A DNA stretch of 32,000 nucleotides from Pseudoalteromonas tetraodonis (GCF_002310835.1 NZ_CP011041.1:2190001-2222000), one strand, 5' to 3'. Positions 19,554-29,310 are shown, counted from the first letter of the stretch. Notes: generated by a model from the letters alone, not told the origin. Made by a program: numbers and translations.

Positions 19554-20314
19554 TGCGCCTTTACAAACAACTTATAATTATTATTCTCGTTAGCCTCTTT
19601 TTAAGTGCATGCAGCAGTTCAAATAGTCGTTACAGCATGCGCCATGATGCGGCGCCGCTTCGTGCACCGACCGAATTAGAAATGCAAGATGCCATTGTTA
19701 CTCAAGTTATTAAAAGTGCGAGTACTACGCGCCCCTACGAAGTGCTTGGCAAACGTTATACCCCGATGCTCGATGAAACCGGCTATTCAGAAACGGGCAT
19801 TGCTTCGTGGTATGGCCGTAAATTTCATGGGTATCACACCTCTAATGGCGAAATTTACGACATGTTCGCGATGACCGCAGCCCATAAAACGTTGCCTTTA
19901 CCTAGTTTTGTGCGGGTAACAAATACGGCTAATGGCAAATCAATTATTGTTCGTGTTAATGACCGTGGCCCCTTTCATGATAATAGAATTATTGACCTTT
20001 CTTATGCCGCTGCATACAAACTTGGATACCATAAGTATGGTACAGCAGAGGTTAAGCTAGAAGCCATTACTCTAGCCGATACCCATGCACGAAAAACCTA
20101 CGTTCAAGTTGCCGCGGGCAGTACCTTAGCCAACATAGAAGCGTTAGCAAGTACACTGCGAGAACAGTATAAGTTACCGACAAATATCGTTGAAAAAGAC
20201 GCTATTTATAGATTGCACTTAGGGCCAATAAAAGATGCCCAACATGCGCAACAAGTACTAGAAACATTAAAACAAAATCAATTTCAAAACGCGTTCTTGC
20301 TTTACACTCAGTAA
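19553..20314 (+). CDS. rlpA: Septal ring lytic transglycosylase RlpA family lipoprotein (DPBB plus SPOR domains)
   Basis: 253 aa with lipobox LSAC-S. The DPBB core reads GIASWYG.KFHG..T.(N/S)GE.YDM...TAAH(K)TLP.PS.VRVTN..NGKS(I)IVRVNDRGPF. A C-terminal SPOR-like region follows. The junction with rodA is TAATG. Confidence 0.9.
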   Translation: MRLYKQLIIIILVSLFLSACSSSNSRYSMRHDAAPLRAPTELEMQDAIVTQVIKSASTTRPYEVLGKRYTPMLDETGYSETGIASWYGRKFHGYHTSNGEIYDMFAMTAAHKTLPLPSFVRVTNTANGKSIIVRVNDRGPFHDNRIIDLSYAAAYKLGYHKYGTAEVKLEAITLADTHARKTYVQVAAGSTLANIEALASTLREQYKLPTNIVEKDAIYRLHLGPIKDAQHAQQVLETLKQNQFQNAFLLYTQ

Positions 20315-20358
20315 GCCCTTTAGAATGGGAATACGCATATTTTTAACTTTAACCATTA

Positions 20359-21528
20359 ATGAGTATGATGAAATCTATTAAACATAAAATTCTTACTGGT
20401 GTTTGCGGCTTAGTCTGTTCTGCCGCCGTATTTTCAGCCACCGCCCAAATTATTCCAGCGCCTCCTCAAGTTAATGCAAAAGGTTACTTTTTGGTGGACT
20501 TCACCACAGGTAAAGTCATTGCACAAGGCGAGGCTGATACCAAACTCGCACCGGCCAGCTTAACTAAAATGATGACCAGTTATGTAATTGGTACCGAAAT
20601 TAATGCTGGTAATATTGCGCCTACCGATATGGTTACTGTTAGTGAAAAAGCGTGGGCAAAAAACTTCCCTGAATCATCAAAAATGTTTATTGAAGTCGGT
20701 AAACAAGTTAGTGTCGATGATCTTAACCATGGCATTATTATTCAATCAGGAAATGATGCATGTGTTGCTATGGCAGAGCATATTGCTGGTAGCGAAAGCG
20801 CGTTTGCAGATTTAATGAATGCTCACGCCGAAAAAATAGGCATGACTAATACGCATTTTGTTAATAGCCATGGCCTTGATACTGATGCGCATTATACAAC
20901 GCCACGCGACATGGCAACATTAGGGGCTGCACTTATCAGAGATGTGCCTGATGAATACGCTCTATATAAACAAAAGTCTTTTACCTTCAATGGCATAAAG
21001 CAATATAACCGCAACTCTTTGTTGTGGGATGAAAGCCTAGATGTAGATGGTATTAAAACGGGTCACACGTCTGAGGCGGGTTACAGCTTAGTCACCTCTG
21101 CAACAAAAAACGACATGCGTTTAATTGCCGTTGTAATGGGCACCTCAAGTGAGCGCGCGCGTAAAGTAGAAAGTAAAAAACTACTAAACTATGGTTTTCG
21201 CTTTTTTGAAACAATTACCCCGTATAAAGCCGGCGACAGCTTTGCTGAGCAACGTGTTTGGATGGGCAATAAAGAGAATGTTTCTTTAGGAATTTTAGAA
21301 GATACACCTATTACTATTCCTCGTGGTCAGCATAAAAACCTTAAAGCAAACTTTGAGCTAGACGATACCCTTGAGGCACCTTTAGCTAAAGGCACAAAAG
21401 TAGGTACTTTATTTTTACAGCTTGAAGGCGAAGATATTGCACAATATCCGCTAGTTACACTTGAAGAAATACAAGAAGGTAGCTTCTTTAGTAAAATATA
21501 TGACTACTTACGCTTACAGATTATGTAA
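20359..21528 (+). CDS. dacA: D-alanyl-D-alanine carboxypeptidase (PBP5/6 family)
   Basis: 389 aa with a signal peptide. Motifs are SLTK (SxxK), SGND (SxN) and KTGHT (KTG), plus a C-terminal amphipathic anchor. The start could be 20359, 20365 or 20368. Confidence 0.92.
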   Translation: MSMMKSIKHKILTGVCGLVCSAAVFSATAQIIPAPPQVNAKGYFLVDFTTGKVIAQGEADTKLAPASLTKMMTSYVIGTEINAGNIAPTDMVTVSEKAWAKNFPESSKMFIEVGKQVSVDDLNHGIIIQSGNDACVAMAEHIAGSESAFADLMNAHAEKIGMTNTHFVNSHGLDTDAHYTTPRDMATLGAALIRDVPDEYALYKQKSFTFNGIKQYNRNSLLWDESLDVDGIKTGHTSEAGYSLVTSATKNDMRLIAVVMGTSSERARKVESKKLLNYGFRFFETITPYKAGDSFAEQRVWMGNKENVSLGILEDTPITIPRGQHKNLKANFELDDTLEAPLAKGTKVGTLFLQLEGEDIAQYPLVTLEEIQEGSFFSKIYDYLRLQIM

Positions 21529-21547
21529 TTGCGAGTAAAGTAATATG

Positions 21548-21578
21548 AACGCCTCCACTGTGAGGCGTTTTTTTTTGC
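21548..21578 (+). terminator. Rho-independent terminator after dacA
   Basis: AACGCCTC (21548-21555) pairs with GAGGCGTT (21562-21569), followed by TTTTTTTTG. Confidence 0.8.
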
Positions 21579-21738
21579 TTGAAAAGTGCTAGAATGCGCC
21601 CCATATATACCAATCGTATTGAATGACTATCATTGGCTTGGGTCAACAATAGCATCATTTCAAGATTGCCATTAGCCTGTCAGTTTTAAGCTTCGCGTTT
21701 TAGCAAAGCCAACACTTTTTGTTTGAGGAGTTCCCGTC

Positions 21739-22017
21739 GTGGTTGAACCTGTTAAAGACACTAAATTTGATGAGTACTTAGAGTACCCTTGCCCATTTAC
21801 ATTTAAAATTATGGGTCTAGCTAATGTAAACTTAACTGATCAAATTTTAGCTAAATTACAACCTATTGCTCCAGGTGATTATGCGCCAAAAGTAAAACCA
21901 AGCAGTAAAGGTAATTACGAGTCTGTAACGCTAGTAGCTACTGTAACAAGCGGCAAACACATTGAAGAAATTTACAACGTGATCAGCAACATCGATGACG
22001 TACGCCATATGCTTTAA
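21739..22017 (+). CDS. ybeD: YbeD/DUF493 family protein (UPF0250)
   Basis: 92 aa with a GTG start and GAGGAG 8 nt upstream. The YPC.FTFK(I/V)MG motif is typical of YbeD. Synteny dacA-ybeD-lipB supports the call. Confidence 0.85.
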   Translation: MVEPVKDTKFDEYLEYPCPFTFKIMGLANVNLTDQILAKLQPIAPGDYAPKVKPSSKGNYESVTLVATVTSGKHIEEIYNVISNIDDVRHML

Positions 22018-22024
22018 TCCATAG

Positions 22025-22690
22025 TTGAGATTTGTTGTGAGCGAAAACACCCTAATCGTACGCCAACTGGGTCGTCAGCGTTACATGCCGATTTGGCAAA
22101 AAATGCAAGAGTTTACCGACACCCGTGATGAAAATACCCCAGATGAAATTTGGCTGGTAGAGCACGAAAGTGTATTTACCCAAGGCCAAGCCGGTAAAGA
22201 TGAGCACTTGCTCGCCCCAGGTGACATTGAAGTGATTAAAGTGGATCGTGGCGGACAAGTAACTTACCACGGCCCAGGTCAGCAAATGATGTATGTATTA
22301 TTTAACTTACGTCGTTTAAAGATTGGCGTACGAGAGCTAGTAACATGGCTTGAGGAATGTATTATTGAATCCCTTGCTGAGTACGGTATTGATGCATACG
22401 CAAAAGCCGATGCACCCGGTGTTTACGTGAACGACAGCAAAATTGCCTCTTTAGGCCTAAGAGTTCGTCGTGGCTGCTCATTTCATGGTTTAGCATTAAA
22501 TGTTAACATGGACCTAAGTCCATTTTTACGCATTAACCCTTGTGGTTATGCGGGCATGAATATGGTGCAAACTAAAGAATTAAATGGCCCTCAAAACCTT
22601 GAAGCTGCAGGTCAAGGGCTGGTAAAACACATGATCAAAAAGCTTAATGCAACACAGGTTAAGCATACTGAAGGGTTTGAAAACGAATGA
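22025..22690 (+). CDS. lipB: Octanoyltransferase LipB
   Basis: 221 aa. ..[17 protein letters not shown]...[22 protein letters not shown] and [12 protein letters not shown] align closely with E. coli LipB. The start is TTG at 22025, or GTG at 22037. Confidence 0.92.
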   Translation: MRFVVSENTLIVRQLGRQRYMPIWQKMQEFTDTRDENTPDEIWLVEHESVFTQGQAGKDEHLLAPGDIEVIKVDRGGQVTYHGPGQQMMYVLFNLRRLKIGVRELVTWLEECIIESLAEYGIDAYAKADAPGVYVNDSKIASLGLRVRRGCSFHGLALNVNMDLSPFLRINPCGYAGMNMVQTKELNGPQNLEAAGQGLVKHMIKKLNATQVKHTEGFENE

Positions 22691-23652
22691 ATAAACCAGT
22701 CAAAATGGAACCAGGTGTAAAACTACGCGACGCAGAAAAAATGGCGTTGATCCCCGTTAAAGTTTTACCAACAGAAAAAACCGAAATGCTCCGTAAGCCA
22801 GAGTGGCTTAAAATCCGCTTACCCAAGTCAACCGAGCGGATTGACGGCATAAAACAAGCAATGCGTAAGCATGGCCTTCACTCTGTATGTGAAGAAGCCT
22901 CGTGCCCCAACTTATCAGAATGTTTTAACCACGGTACGGCGACCTTTATGATTTTAGGGGCTATTTGTACACGTCGTTGCCCATTTTGTGATGTAGCACA
23001 TGGCCGTCCATTAAAGCCCGATGCAGCAGAGCCTGAAAAGCTTGCACTGACCATTAAAGACATGAAGCTAAGCTACGTAGTGATCACTTCGGTAGACCGT
23101 GATGATTTACGTGACGGTGGCGCTCAGCACTTTGCCGATTGTATCCGTGAAATTCGCAAGCACAATCCAGAAATCACCATTGAGATATTAGTCCCTGATT
23201 TTCGTGGTCGTATGGACAGAGCGTTGGAAATATTAATTGAAACGCCGCCAGATGTATTTAACCACAACCTAGAAACAGCACCACGTTTGTACAAATTGGC
23301 GCGTCCAGGTGCTGATTACAAGTGGTCACTTGAATTATTACGTCGCTTTAAAGAAGCACACCCTGAGGTTAAAACTAAATCGGGGTTAATGGTTGGTTTA
23401 GGTGAAGAAATTAGCGAAATTGAAGAAGTACTGCGTGATTTACGTGAGCACAACGTTGATATGCTAACCGTAGGCCAATACCTACAACCCTCTAAGCATC
23501 ACTTACCAGTAAAACGCTACGTGCCGCCTGCTGAGTTTGATGCACTAAAAGAGTATGCTGATGAAATTGGCTTTACACACGCGGCTTCTGGCCCGTTTGT
23601 ACGCTCAAGCTATCACGCAGATCAACAAGCAGCGGGTAAAGAAGTAAAATAA
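22687..23652 (+). CDS. lipA: Lipoyl synthase (radical SAM)
   Basis: 321 aa. It has the N-terminal cluster [12 protein letters not shown] and the radical-SAM cluster CTRRCPFC. It overlaps lipB by 4 nt (ATGA). Confidence 0.97.
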   Translation: MNKPVKMEPGVKLRDAEKMALIPVKVLPTEKTEMLRKPEWLKIRLPKSTERIDGIKQAMRKHGLHSVCEEASCPNLSECFNHGTATFMILGAICTRRCPFCDVAHGRPLKPDAAEPEKLALTIKDMKLSYVVITSVDRDDLRDGGAQHFADCIREIRKHNPEITIEILVPDFRGRMDRALEILIETPPDVFNHNLETAPRLYKLARPGADYKWSLELLRRFKEAHPEVKTKSGLMVGLGEEISEIEEVLRDLREHNVDMLTVGQYLQPSKHHLPVKRYVPPAEFDALKEYADEIGFTHAASGPFVRSSYHADQQAAGKEVK

Positions 23653-23666
23653 GCCTGCTGATTAAC

Positions 23667-23697
23667 AAAAAGCTGCCAACGAGCAGCTTTTTTTGTT
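23667..23697 (+). terminator. Rho-independent terminator after lipA
   Basis: AAAAGCTGC (23667-23675) pairs with GCAGCTTTT (23684-23692) and runs into TTTTTTTG. Confidence 0.8.
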
Positions 23698-23790
23698 TAT
23701 GGGTGTTATTTTCAGCAAATGTAAAATAAAGTTAGGCTAAAGCGGGGTTACTTGAGATAATTACCGCTGATACCCTTAATTAGGTTCATT

Positions 23791-24030
23791 ATGAAACTAT
23801 TAGTTCGCAACTTATCTCGTGCTACCACTGAGCATGAGCTTCGTACTTTATTTACAGCGCACGGTAAAGTGACCACCTGTAACTTAGTACTCGATAAAGA
23901 AACTGGCCAATCAAAAGGTTTTGCTTTTGTAGAAATGCCAAACGACATTGAAGTTAAAGGCGCTATTAAAGCCCTTAATCAAACAACCGTTGATAAAAGC
24001 AAAATCCGCGTAAAACTAGCCGATGCTTAA
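23791..24030 (+). CDS. RRM (RNP-1/RNP-2) type RNA-binding protein
   Basis: 79 aa. RNP-2 is LLVRNL and RNP-1 is KGFAFVEM. This is the canonical single-RRM bacterial Rbp architecture. Confidence 0.85.
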   Translation: MKLLVRNLSRATTEHELRTLFTAHGKVTTCNLVLDKETGQSKGFAFVEMPNDIEVKGAIKALNQTTVDKSKIRVKLADA

Positions 24031-24083
24031 TAACGATTGAGGGGTTGGAAGTTTATACGTATTTTCAGCGTTTAACCTCGCTT

Positions 24084-24124
24084 TATATTGCTCAAAGCTT
24101 AGCTTTAACACTTTGAGCAATATA
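24084..24124. terminator. Perfect 14-bp-stem hairpin between convergent genes (probable bidirectional terminator)
   Basis: TATATTGCTCAAAG (24084-24097) pairs with CTTTGAGCAATATA (24111-24124) around a 13-nt loop. It sits between the RRM gene (+) and the kinase gene (-). Confidence 0.55.
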
Positions 24125-24135
24125 ACCAATTGGGC

Positions 24136-25209
24136 TTATATCTGAGTTAACATCGCCTTTAATACCTGCTGCTTACTTACTATATCCCTGTACAACGCAA
24201 ATTGATTTTTTGCGCGATCTAAATTGTGTCTCTCATATTTAACACTAAAGTAATTATCGCCGTCTATATAGTCGGTTAAAAAGCGTAAGCCAATCATAAA
24301 AGGCATTACTTTAGCACCTAACCAAAAGCTTTGTTTTTCTGCGGCCGTTAATACTGACTTTAATGGTTCAACGTAACCTTTAACAATTGCTGCAAAAATG
24401 TCTTCACGAACACCTACTTTTTCAAGCGCTGTTGAATCTTCTTGCTCTGCAGAGCAGAATGTTCTGACCATATCGCCAAAGTCATTAAGCCAATAACCTG
24501 GCATACAGGTGTCTAAATCAATCACCGCTTTTGCATCATTTGAATCTGAACAAAATAGCATGTTGTTTATTTTAGTATCGTTATGACACACGCGAATAGG
24601 GACTTTTCCAGCTAATGCATTGAGCTCATCAATGAGTGAGAACTGCGACAAGCAAAAATCAACCTCCTCCTGACAATGAGCTACACGTTTATGAGGATCG
24701 GCGTTAATAACTTGCTTAAAAACCTCTGCACGCATGGCTAAATTATGAAAGTTAGGGATAACTGCATGTAATTTGTTAGCGTCAAAATCCTCTAATGCTG
24801 CAGCAAATTGGCCAAATGCATTAGCCGCGGTTTGCGCTTGGCTAACAGTATTAACCACATCTTCGCTGTAACTGCCACCAATAAACTCAAGGGCTCGCCA
24901 AGTATCGTTATTATTATTTACTAAATAGTCATGCTGAGTTGTTGCTACATGCCGCACAATTGCTAAGTTGAACTCACCTACTTGCTGCTTTTTGCTTAAG
25001 TGTCGTTCTATTAATCTTGCATTATCAACAAGTAACTGTGGTTTTGGGAATACCACCGTATTGAGCTTCTGTACAACCAATGACCGCTTAGGTGTGCTCA
25101 ATAACATGGTAGTATTGATATGCCCACTACCAATGGGTTTTATACTCGCATGCTTATCGTCAAGGCCAAAACTCTCAGATAAGTAAACTTCTATAGGAAT
25201 TGAATTCAT
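24136..25209 (-). CDS. APH-fold phosphotransferase, likely anomeric sugar kinase (NahK/AmgK-like)
   Basis: 357 aa. It has a glycine-rich nucleotide loop (IGSGHINTT) and Brenner-type catalytic motif (CHNDTKINNMLF) followed by IDLD. This is the aminoglycoside/choline-kinase fold. The specific sugar-1-kinase role is inferred from the adjacent nucleotidyltransferase gene. Confidence 0.65.
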   Translation of the reverse strand: MNSIPIEVYLSESFGLDDKHASIKPIGSGHINTTMLLSTPKRSLVVQKLNTVVFPKPQLLVDNARLIERHLSKKQQVGEFNLAIVRHVATTQHDYLVNNNNDTWRALEFIGGSYSEDVVNTVSQAQTAANAFGQFAAALEDFDANKLHAVIPNFHNLAMRAEVFKQVINADPHKRVAHCQEEVDFCLSQFSLIDELNALAGKVPIRVCHNDTKINNMLFCSDSNDAKAVIDLDTCMPGYWLNDFGDMVRTFCSAEQEDSTALEKVGVREDIFAAIVKGYVEPLKSVLTAAEKQSFWLGAKVMPFMIGLRFLTDYIDGDNYFSVKYERHNLDRAKNQFALYRDIVSKQQVLKAMLTQI

Positions 25210-25418
25210 TTTCTACTTCACTCTTTTCGCCCAAGGCGACAATAATTTATATCAATTGCATTAAATTAGTGAACGATTACAGCGACAAGGAAATAACGCG
25301 ATAACAAGGCGAAAATTATGATACATAGTTGTTCTATATAAATAATTTTTAACGCAGGTAGCGGGTTATTTAATACGCTAGATTGATCATGTTTTTAATA
25401 AAATTGGTATTAACACCT

Positions 25419-26294
25419 TTACGCTTGACGTAATGCGCACAAAGTAGCCGCAATGCTTGTCAGTTCTGATTTATAGGTAACCCCAAACCAAGGCTCTTTT
25501 GCAGTGTATACAAATACAGGCTGTGCTTTTACATTAATCGCTTGCTGGATTTGATCAGGTAAGTAATATTCTTGCTGAGTATTAACGTTATATTGCTGTA
25601 AAAACGTCTCAAAACCTTGTTGCAAATAATCAAAAAAGCACGGCGTGACCCCCCAAAAACTCATAGATCCTAGCGCATCTTGGCTAATTTTTATACGCAA
25701 GCCCTGCGGATTATTTCCAACAATATGTGCAGACTCTTTTTGAATATTTAAATATTCCGTCACTGCAACAAGCCTTCCATCAGCAATACTACATACTCCG
25801 CGATTAACCCCACCGTGCTCAGAGAGGGTATTGATAATCGGGTACCCCACCATTGCCCATTCGGGGCTATTTTTAAAATGCTCACTAAGCAATAAAAATG
25901 AAGACGCACCATAATAGTCATCTGCGGTAATAACAATTGCAGGGTTGTTAATATATGCTTTGGCACACAGTAACGCATGCCCTGTGCCCCATGGTTTTAT
26001 ACGTTGCTGTGATAGTGCTTTGTATGCATCAGGAACAAGCGCGTTATGTTGCTCTACTAATACCACGTCAAGGGCTTTAGGTAAGCGAGGTAAAATAGTG
26101 TGTTCTATCTCACTGCGAACGGCTTGATTGATGATCAGTACAACCTGTGTCACACCGGCGCGATACGCATCAGTAATGCTTAACTCCATAATCGTGCAAT
26201 TTAGCCCAGGGATTGCTGCTATTTGTTTATTGCCACCAAAGCGACTACCTAAGCCACCCGCAAGCACAACCAAACTCAGTTTATGTTTTTTCAT
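25419..26294 (-). CDS. Sugar-1-phosphate nucleotidylyltransferase family protein (NTP_transferase, GT-A fold)
   Basis: 291 aa with the N-terminal signature LAGGLGSRFGG.K. It is on the same strand as, and upstream of, the kinase gene. Confidence 0.72.
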   Translation of the reverse strand: MKKHKLSLVVLAGGLGSRFGGNKQIAAIPGLNCTIMELSITDAYRAGVTQVVLIINQAVRSEIEHTILPRLPKALDVVLVEQHNALVPDAYKALSQQRIKPWGTGHALLCAKAYINNPAIVITADDYYGASSFLLLSEHFKNSPEWAMVGYPIINTLSEHGGVNRGVCSIADGRLVAVTEYLNIQKESAHIVGNNPQGLRIKISQDALGSMSFWGVTPCFFDYLQQGFETFLQQYNVNTQQEYYLPDQIQQAINVKAQPVFVYTAKEPWFGVTYKSELTSIAATLCALRQA

Positions 26295-26309
26295 TTAGAG
26301 TCTGCGCAT

Positions 26310-26759
26310 TTATGAGGGTAATTTACCAAGCCAAGCTTGCAACCAAGGCTCAGTTACCGGCCATGGCTCAAAGTCTTCACAGGCATCAATTTCTAGTCGG
26401 TTACCAACAGGTTTAGCTTGTAAATCACGTAGTAGCTCATCAAAGTTGCGCCCTGCCCCACAAAACGTATCACCGTAACTTCTATCACCCATGGCAACAA
26501 TACCAAAAGGCTTGTCTGTTAGCATTGGAAAAGTACTATTTAATTGATGATAAAGATCCGCTAAATTATCAGGAATATCGCCTTGCCCAGTGGTCGAGGT
26601 AACAATTAAAATATGCGAAGCATTTTTTATATCATCTAAAGTAGGCTGCTCGAAGACACTAACCTGATGACCAGCTTGCTCTAGCGTGTCGCTAACTTGC
26701 TCACTTAATCGCTCTGCACCGCCATACACGCTGCCAACAAAAATACTAATATGTGCCAT
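26310..26759 (-). CDS. yqcA: Flavodoxin-like FMN-binding protein YqcA
   Basis: 149 aa. MAHISIFVGSVYGGAE.. and ..VTSTTGQGD(I)P.. are flavodoxin motifs. Its length and its position next to truC match E. coli yqcA. Confidence 0.8.
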   Translation of the reverse strand: MAHISIFVGSVYGGAERLSEQVSDTLEQAGHQVSVFEQPTLDDIKNASHILIVTSTTGQGDIPDNLADLYHQLNSTFPMLTDKPFGIVAMGDRSYGDTFCGAGRNFDELLRDLQAKPVGNRLEIDACEDFEPWPVTEPWLQAWLGKLPS

Positions 26760-27524
26760 TTAATAATCCTCTTCTTGTTCTGGCCACCCCAGCTGTTTGC
26801 AAATGTTTAACATTGCATCACCCAGCGGCGCTTTAATTGTTATGGGTTCATTATTATAAGGGTGCACAAAGCTAAGCTCTGATGCAAACAACATTAGACG
26901 GCGAAGCGAAAAATGCTCCCTAAAAAACTGATTATGCTGGTTATCGCCATGATTTACATCACCAATAATAGGTAAAGACAAGTGCTTTAAATGCCGGCGT
27001 ATTTGATGTTTGCGACCCGTTTTAGGAAAACACTCTACCAAAGAATAACGAACCGTTGGGTATTTTCCTATTGGGATAGGCAGCGCAGCTTGATGCAAAC
27101 AATTAAATTGTGTTTGTGCTTCTTGCGCGGCTTTGTCTTGATCAGCAAACTTATCGGCTATTTTGTCGAGCTCTTCTTTTAACGGTTTATCTAAAAAAAC
27201 AGATTCAGGCGCAAACCCGCGTACCAACGCTAAATAACGTTTTGTTATTGTGCCCTCAATAAATAATTGATTCATATCACGCGCCGCCTCTGAGCTTAAT
27301 GCAAACAGTAATACACCCGAAGTAGGCCTATCAAGACGGTGAACAGGAAACACATGTTGCCCTATTTGATCGCGCAGCATTTGCATTGCAAATTGAGTTT
27401 CATGTTTATCTAAAAATGAGCGATGAACAAGTAGCCCAGAGGGTTTATCTATTGCTACATAATTTTCATCTTGATAAAGAATCGACAGTTCGCCGTATTC
27501 AATAGGCTCTGGGCGCTCACTCAT
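26760..27524 (-). CDS. truC: tRNA pseudouridine(65) synthase TruC
   Basis: 254 aa. It is near-collinear with E. coli TruC (ILYQDE..VA..KPSG.LVHRS, GQHVF..HRLDRPTSGVLL, ELDKIADKFA, PKTGRKHQ(I/L)RRHL). The catalytic Asp lies in HRLDRPTSG. Confidence 0.9.
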   Translation of the reverse strand: MSERPEPIEYGELSILYQDENYVAIDKPSGLLVHRSFLDKHETQFAMQMLRDQIGQHVFPVHRLDRPTSGVLLFALSSEAARDMNQLFIEGTITKRYLALVRGFAPESVFLDKPLKEELDKIADKFADQDKAAQEAQTQFNCLHQAALPIPIGKYPTVRYSLVECFPKTGRKHQIRRHLKHLSLPIIGDVNHGDNQHNQFFREHFSLRRLMLFASELSFVHPYNNEPITIKAPLGDAMLNICKQLGWPEQEEDY

Positions 27525-27843
27525 TAGGCTCTCCTAAATATGAATCTAATTGGGTCAGTAAAGCGATAATGTCTTCGCTGCCTGATTTATCAGTGAGTGT
27601 CATTTGCGCCATCGGGGCGACTGCAAAATTGCGCGGTAACGGCTGCTTGTTGTCAATTAGCCGCTGTAACTTTTCAATAAATACAAACTGCAACCATTGT
27701 TCAAATGCCAGTGTATCGTGACAAAACGGTACGCTAGAATCTAATAAATCGGGATTCAGTGGCTCAACCTGCCACAGTTGATGCTTTTTAAGTAGCGCCG
27801 CTAATTGCTGTAAATATATGTGGGTTTGCTGGTACATAATCAC
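27517..27843 (-). CDS. yqcC: YqcC family protein (DUF446)
   Basis: 108 aa. It overlaps the truC start by 8 nt. The F..WLQ(F)(V)F(I).(K/R) motif and the position upstream of truC match E. coli yqcC. Confidence 0.72.
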   Translation of the reverse strand: MIMYQQTHIYLQQLAALLKKHQLWQVEPLNPDLLDSSVPFCHDTLAFEQWLQFVFIEKLQRLIDNKQPLPRNFAVAPMAQMTLTDKSGSEDIIALLTQLDSYLGEPNE

Positions 27844-27940
27844 CCTTTGGTCTGTGTATTATGCAATTATACCCTGTTCCCACAACAGTCGCTATGGCGT
27901 ATAATTAAGGTAATTTTGTAGTAAAAACAGTTGGAAATCC

Positions 27941-28969
27941 ATGAGTGAACATATAGCTACGTTAGGCCAGCTTTTAGATGGTGCAGGCACTCAATGGCGT
28001 GCTTTTGATATTGGCAGGCACATTACCAAGCTTGATAAACAACAATTTTTAGCCGTTGAACAAGCGCAAATTCCTTACCCTTACCCATTAGCAGGTCATG
28101 CATGGTTAGCGATTCAGTTTTGGGATAGCAAAGCCAGTAAAGAACCCTATGTGTGGTTCTTAAAATTCCCACTTGATGAGCAAAGTAAGTTAGTAAGCGC
28201 GAGCCGTGATCACTTTGCTGATATGGTTATTCAGGCACTAGGAACAGAAATTACCGGCGAGCAAGCCGATGGCACACTCGATAACAACCCTTATGTATTT
28301 ACTCCGAACGCGAATAAATTAGCGGCGTTCAATGCACAAGTTAAAGTGTTGCTAAAGCAACCAGCGTCTCAATACTACGAGCACGCCCAACTCTACTTTA
28401 GTGGCCAAATTGGCTTTGATAATTGGCAAAATGTCGCGTTACAAGGCATTGCCGATTTTGCTTATCGTCTTCATAGTGCTGATAACTTAAAGCACTTACA
28501 AGCAGCGTGGCCTAAATTACCAGTTGAAGTATTACAGCCATTAAGTGCAATGCTTGAACACATCGAAATACCGCCCTCGTTAAGTGAGTTATTGTTAAGT
28601 TATGGGCAAACCGCCCTTAGTAATAATGATGTTGTTGCGGCCTCTGCCGCGCTGCGTGCAATATCATCAGGGCAAGCAGCAGGGCTTAGCGCACAACTTG
28701 TTGACTGCGCGCTTAACTCACCTTTAGGGCAAGATTCTGATATTTTGTTGACCATTGCTGGTCGCTGCTTCAAACAGTTAGAACAGCCACAGCGTTTACA
28801 TGTGTTTATGGATAACTGTGCGCATCATGAGAAAATAGCTGAATTATTTCCTAGCGTTTTTGCAGATTTAGTTGCAATTGAGACTATTCGCCCTCACTTA
28901 TTAGCTTTATTACGTGAAGAAAACAGAAGCGAGACATTAGCTCGCGCAATTGGAAGGTTATTCTCTTAA
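27941..28969 (+). CDS. Conserved hypothetical protein (DUF3549-like, from memory of neighbouring-gene annotations)
   Basis: 342-aa ORF with good coding character, divergent from yqcC. No catalytic motif is recognised. The family name comes from recollection of Vibrio/Alteromonadales synteny and is not verified here. Confidence 0.5.
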   Translation: MSEHIATLGQLLDGAGTQWRAFDIGRHITKLDKQQFLAVEQAQIPYPYPLAGHAWLAIQFWDSKASKEPYVWFLKFPLDEQSKLVSASRDHFADMVIQALGTEITGEQADGTLDNNPYVFTPNANKLAAFNAQVKVLLKQPASQYYEHAQLYFSGQIGFDNWQNVALQGIADFAYRLHSADNLKHLQAAWPKLPVEVLQPLSAMLEHIEIPPSLSELLLSYGQTALSNNDVVAASAALRAISSGQAAGLSAQLVDCALNSPLGQDSDILLTIAGRCFKQLEQPQRLHVFMDNCAHHEKIAELFPSVFADLVAIETIRPHLLALLREENRSETLARAIGRLFS

Positions 28970-29269
28970 ATGGCTAGTTTATGGACGTTCATACTTATTG
29001 GTGCTGTAATTTATTTTTTTTGGCTAAATCGTAAAATAGCCGAAGCAGCGAACGTTCATGCCAAACGCCAAAGCGAGCAATTGCAAGTGCAACTTATGAG
29101 TGTAGCTTGCAACAAGCGTCGATTTGGCATTTTAAAAAGTGGTAAACCGGGCATGAAAAGCGAATTTATTTTTGAGTTTTCAAGTGACGGTGAAAACGCC
29201 TACCAAGGGGTATTAATCATGGAAGATGAAAAACTAAAAAGTGTGGTTGTGCCACCACATAGAATATAA
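28970..29269 (+). CDS. Small membrane-anchored hypothetical protein (DUF3301-like)
   Basis: 99 aa with one N-terminal TM helix (LWTFILIGAVIYFFWL). Its ATG immediately follows the stop of the preceding ORF (TAAATG), suggesting coupling. Confidence 0.5.
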   Translation: MASLWTFILIGAVIYFFWLNRKIAEAANVHAKRQSEQLQVQLMSVACNKRRFGILKSGKPGMKSEFIFEFSSDGENAYQGVLIMEDEKLKSVVVPPHRI

Positions 29270-29273
29270 TTTC

Positions 29274-29310
29274 TTAGCACAAAAAACTAAGGCGTAACCT
29301 CAGTTACGCC
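29274..29310 (-). terminator. Rho-independent terminator of the Csr-type sRNA
   Basis: The minus strand reads GGCGTAAC-TGAG-GTTACGCC followed by TTAGTTTTTTGTG. On the plus strand the hairpin has no downstream T-run, so it is oriented for minus-strand transcription. Confidence 0.72.

Noticed and set aside
21571-21600. A candidate extended -10 promoter (TGcTAGAAT, 21587-21595) for ybeD-lipB-lipA.
   Set aside because: I could find no convincing -35 element at 16-18 bp spacing. It is plausible, but I cannot support it beyond a single hexamer match.
25210-25418. A possible riboswitch or leader in the 209-bp spacer between the nucleotidyltransferase and kinase genes (repeated CAAGGCGA, hairpin TCGCC-TTG-GGCGA).
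   Set aside because: No known riboswitch consensus is recognisable and the hairpin is short. It is noted only as a spacer oddity within the kinase/nucleotidyltransferase finding.
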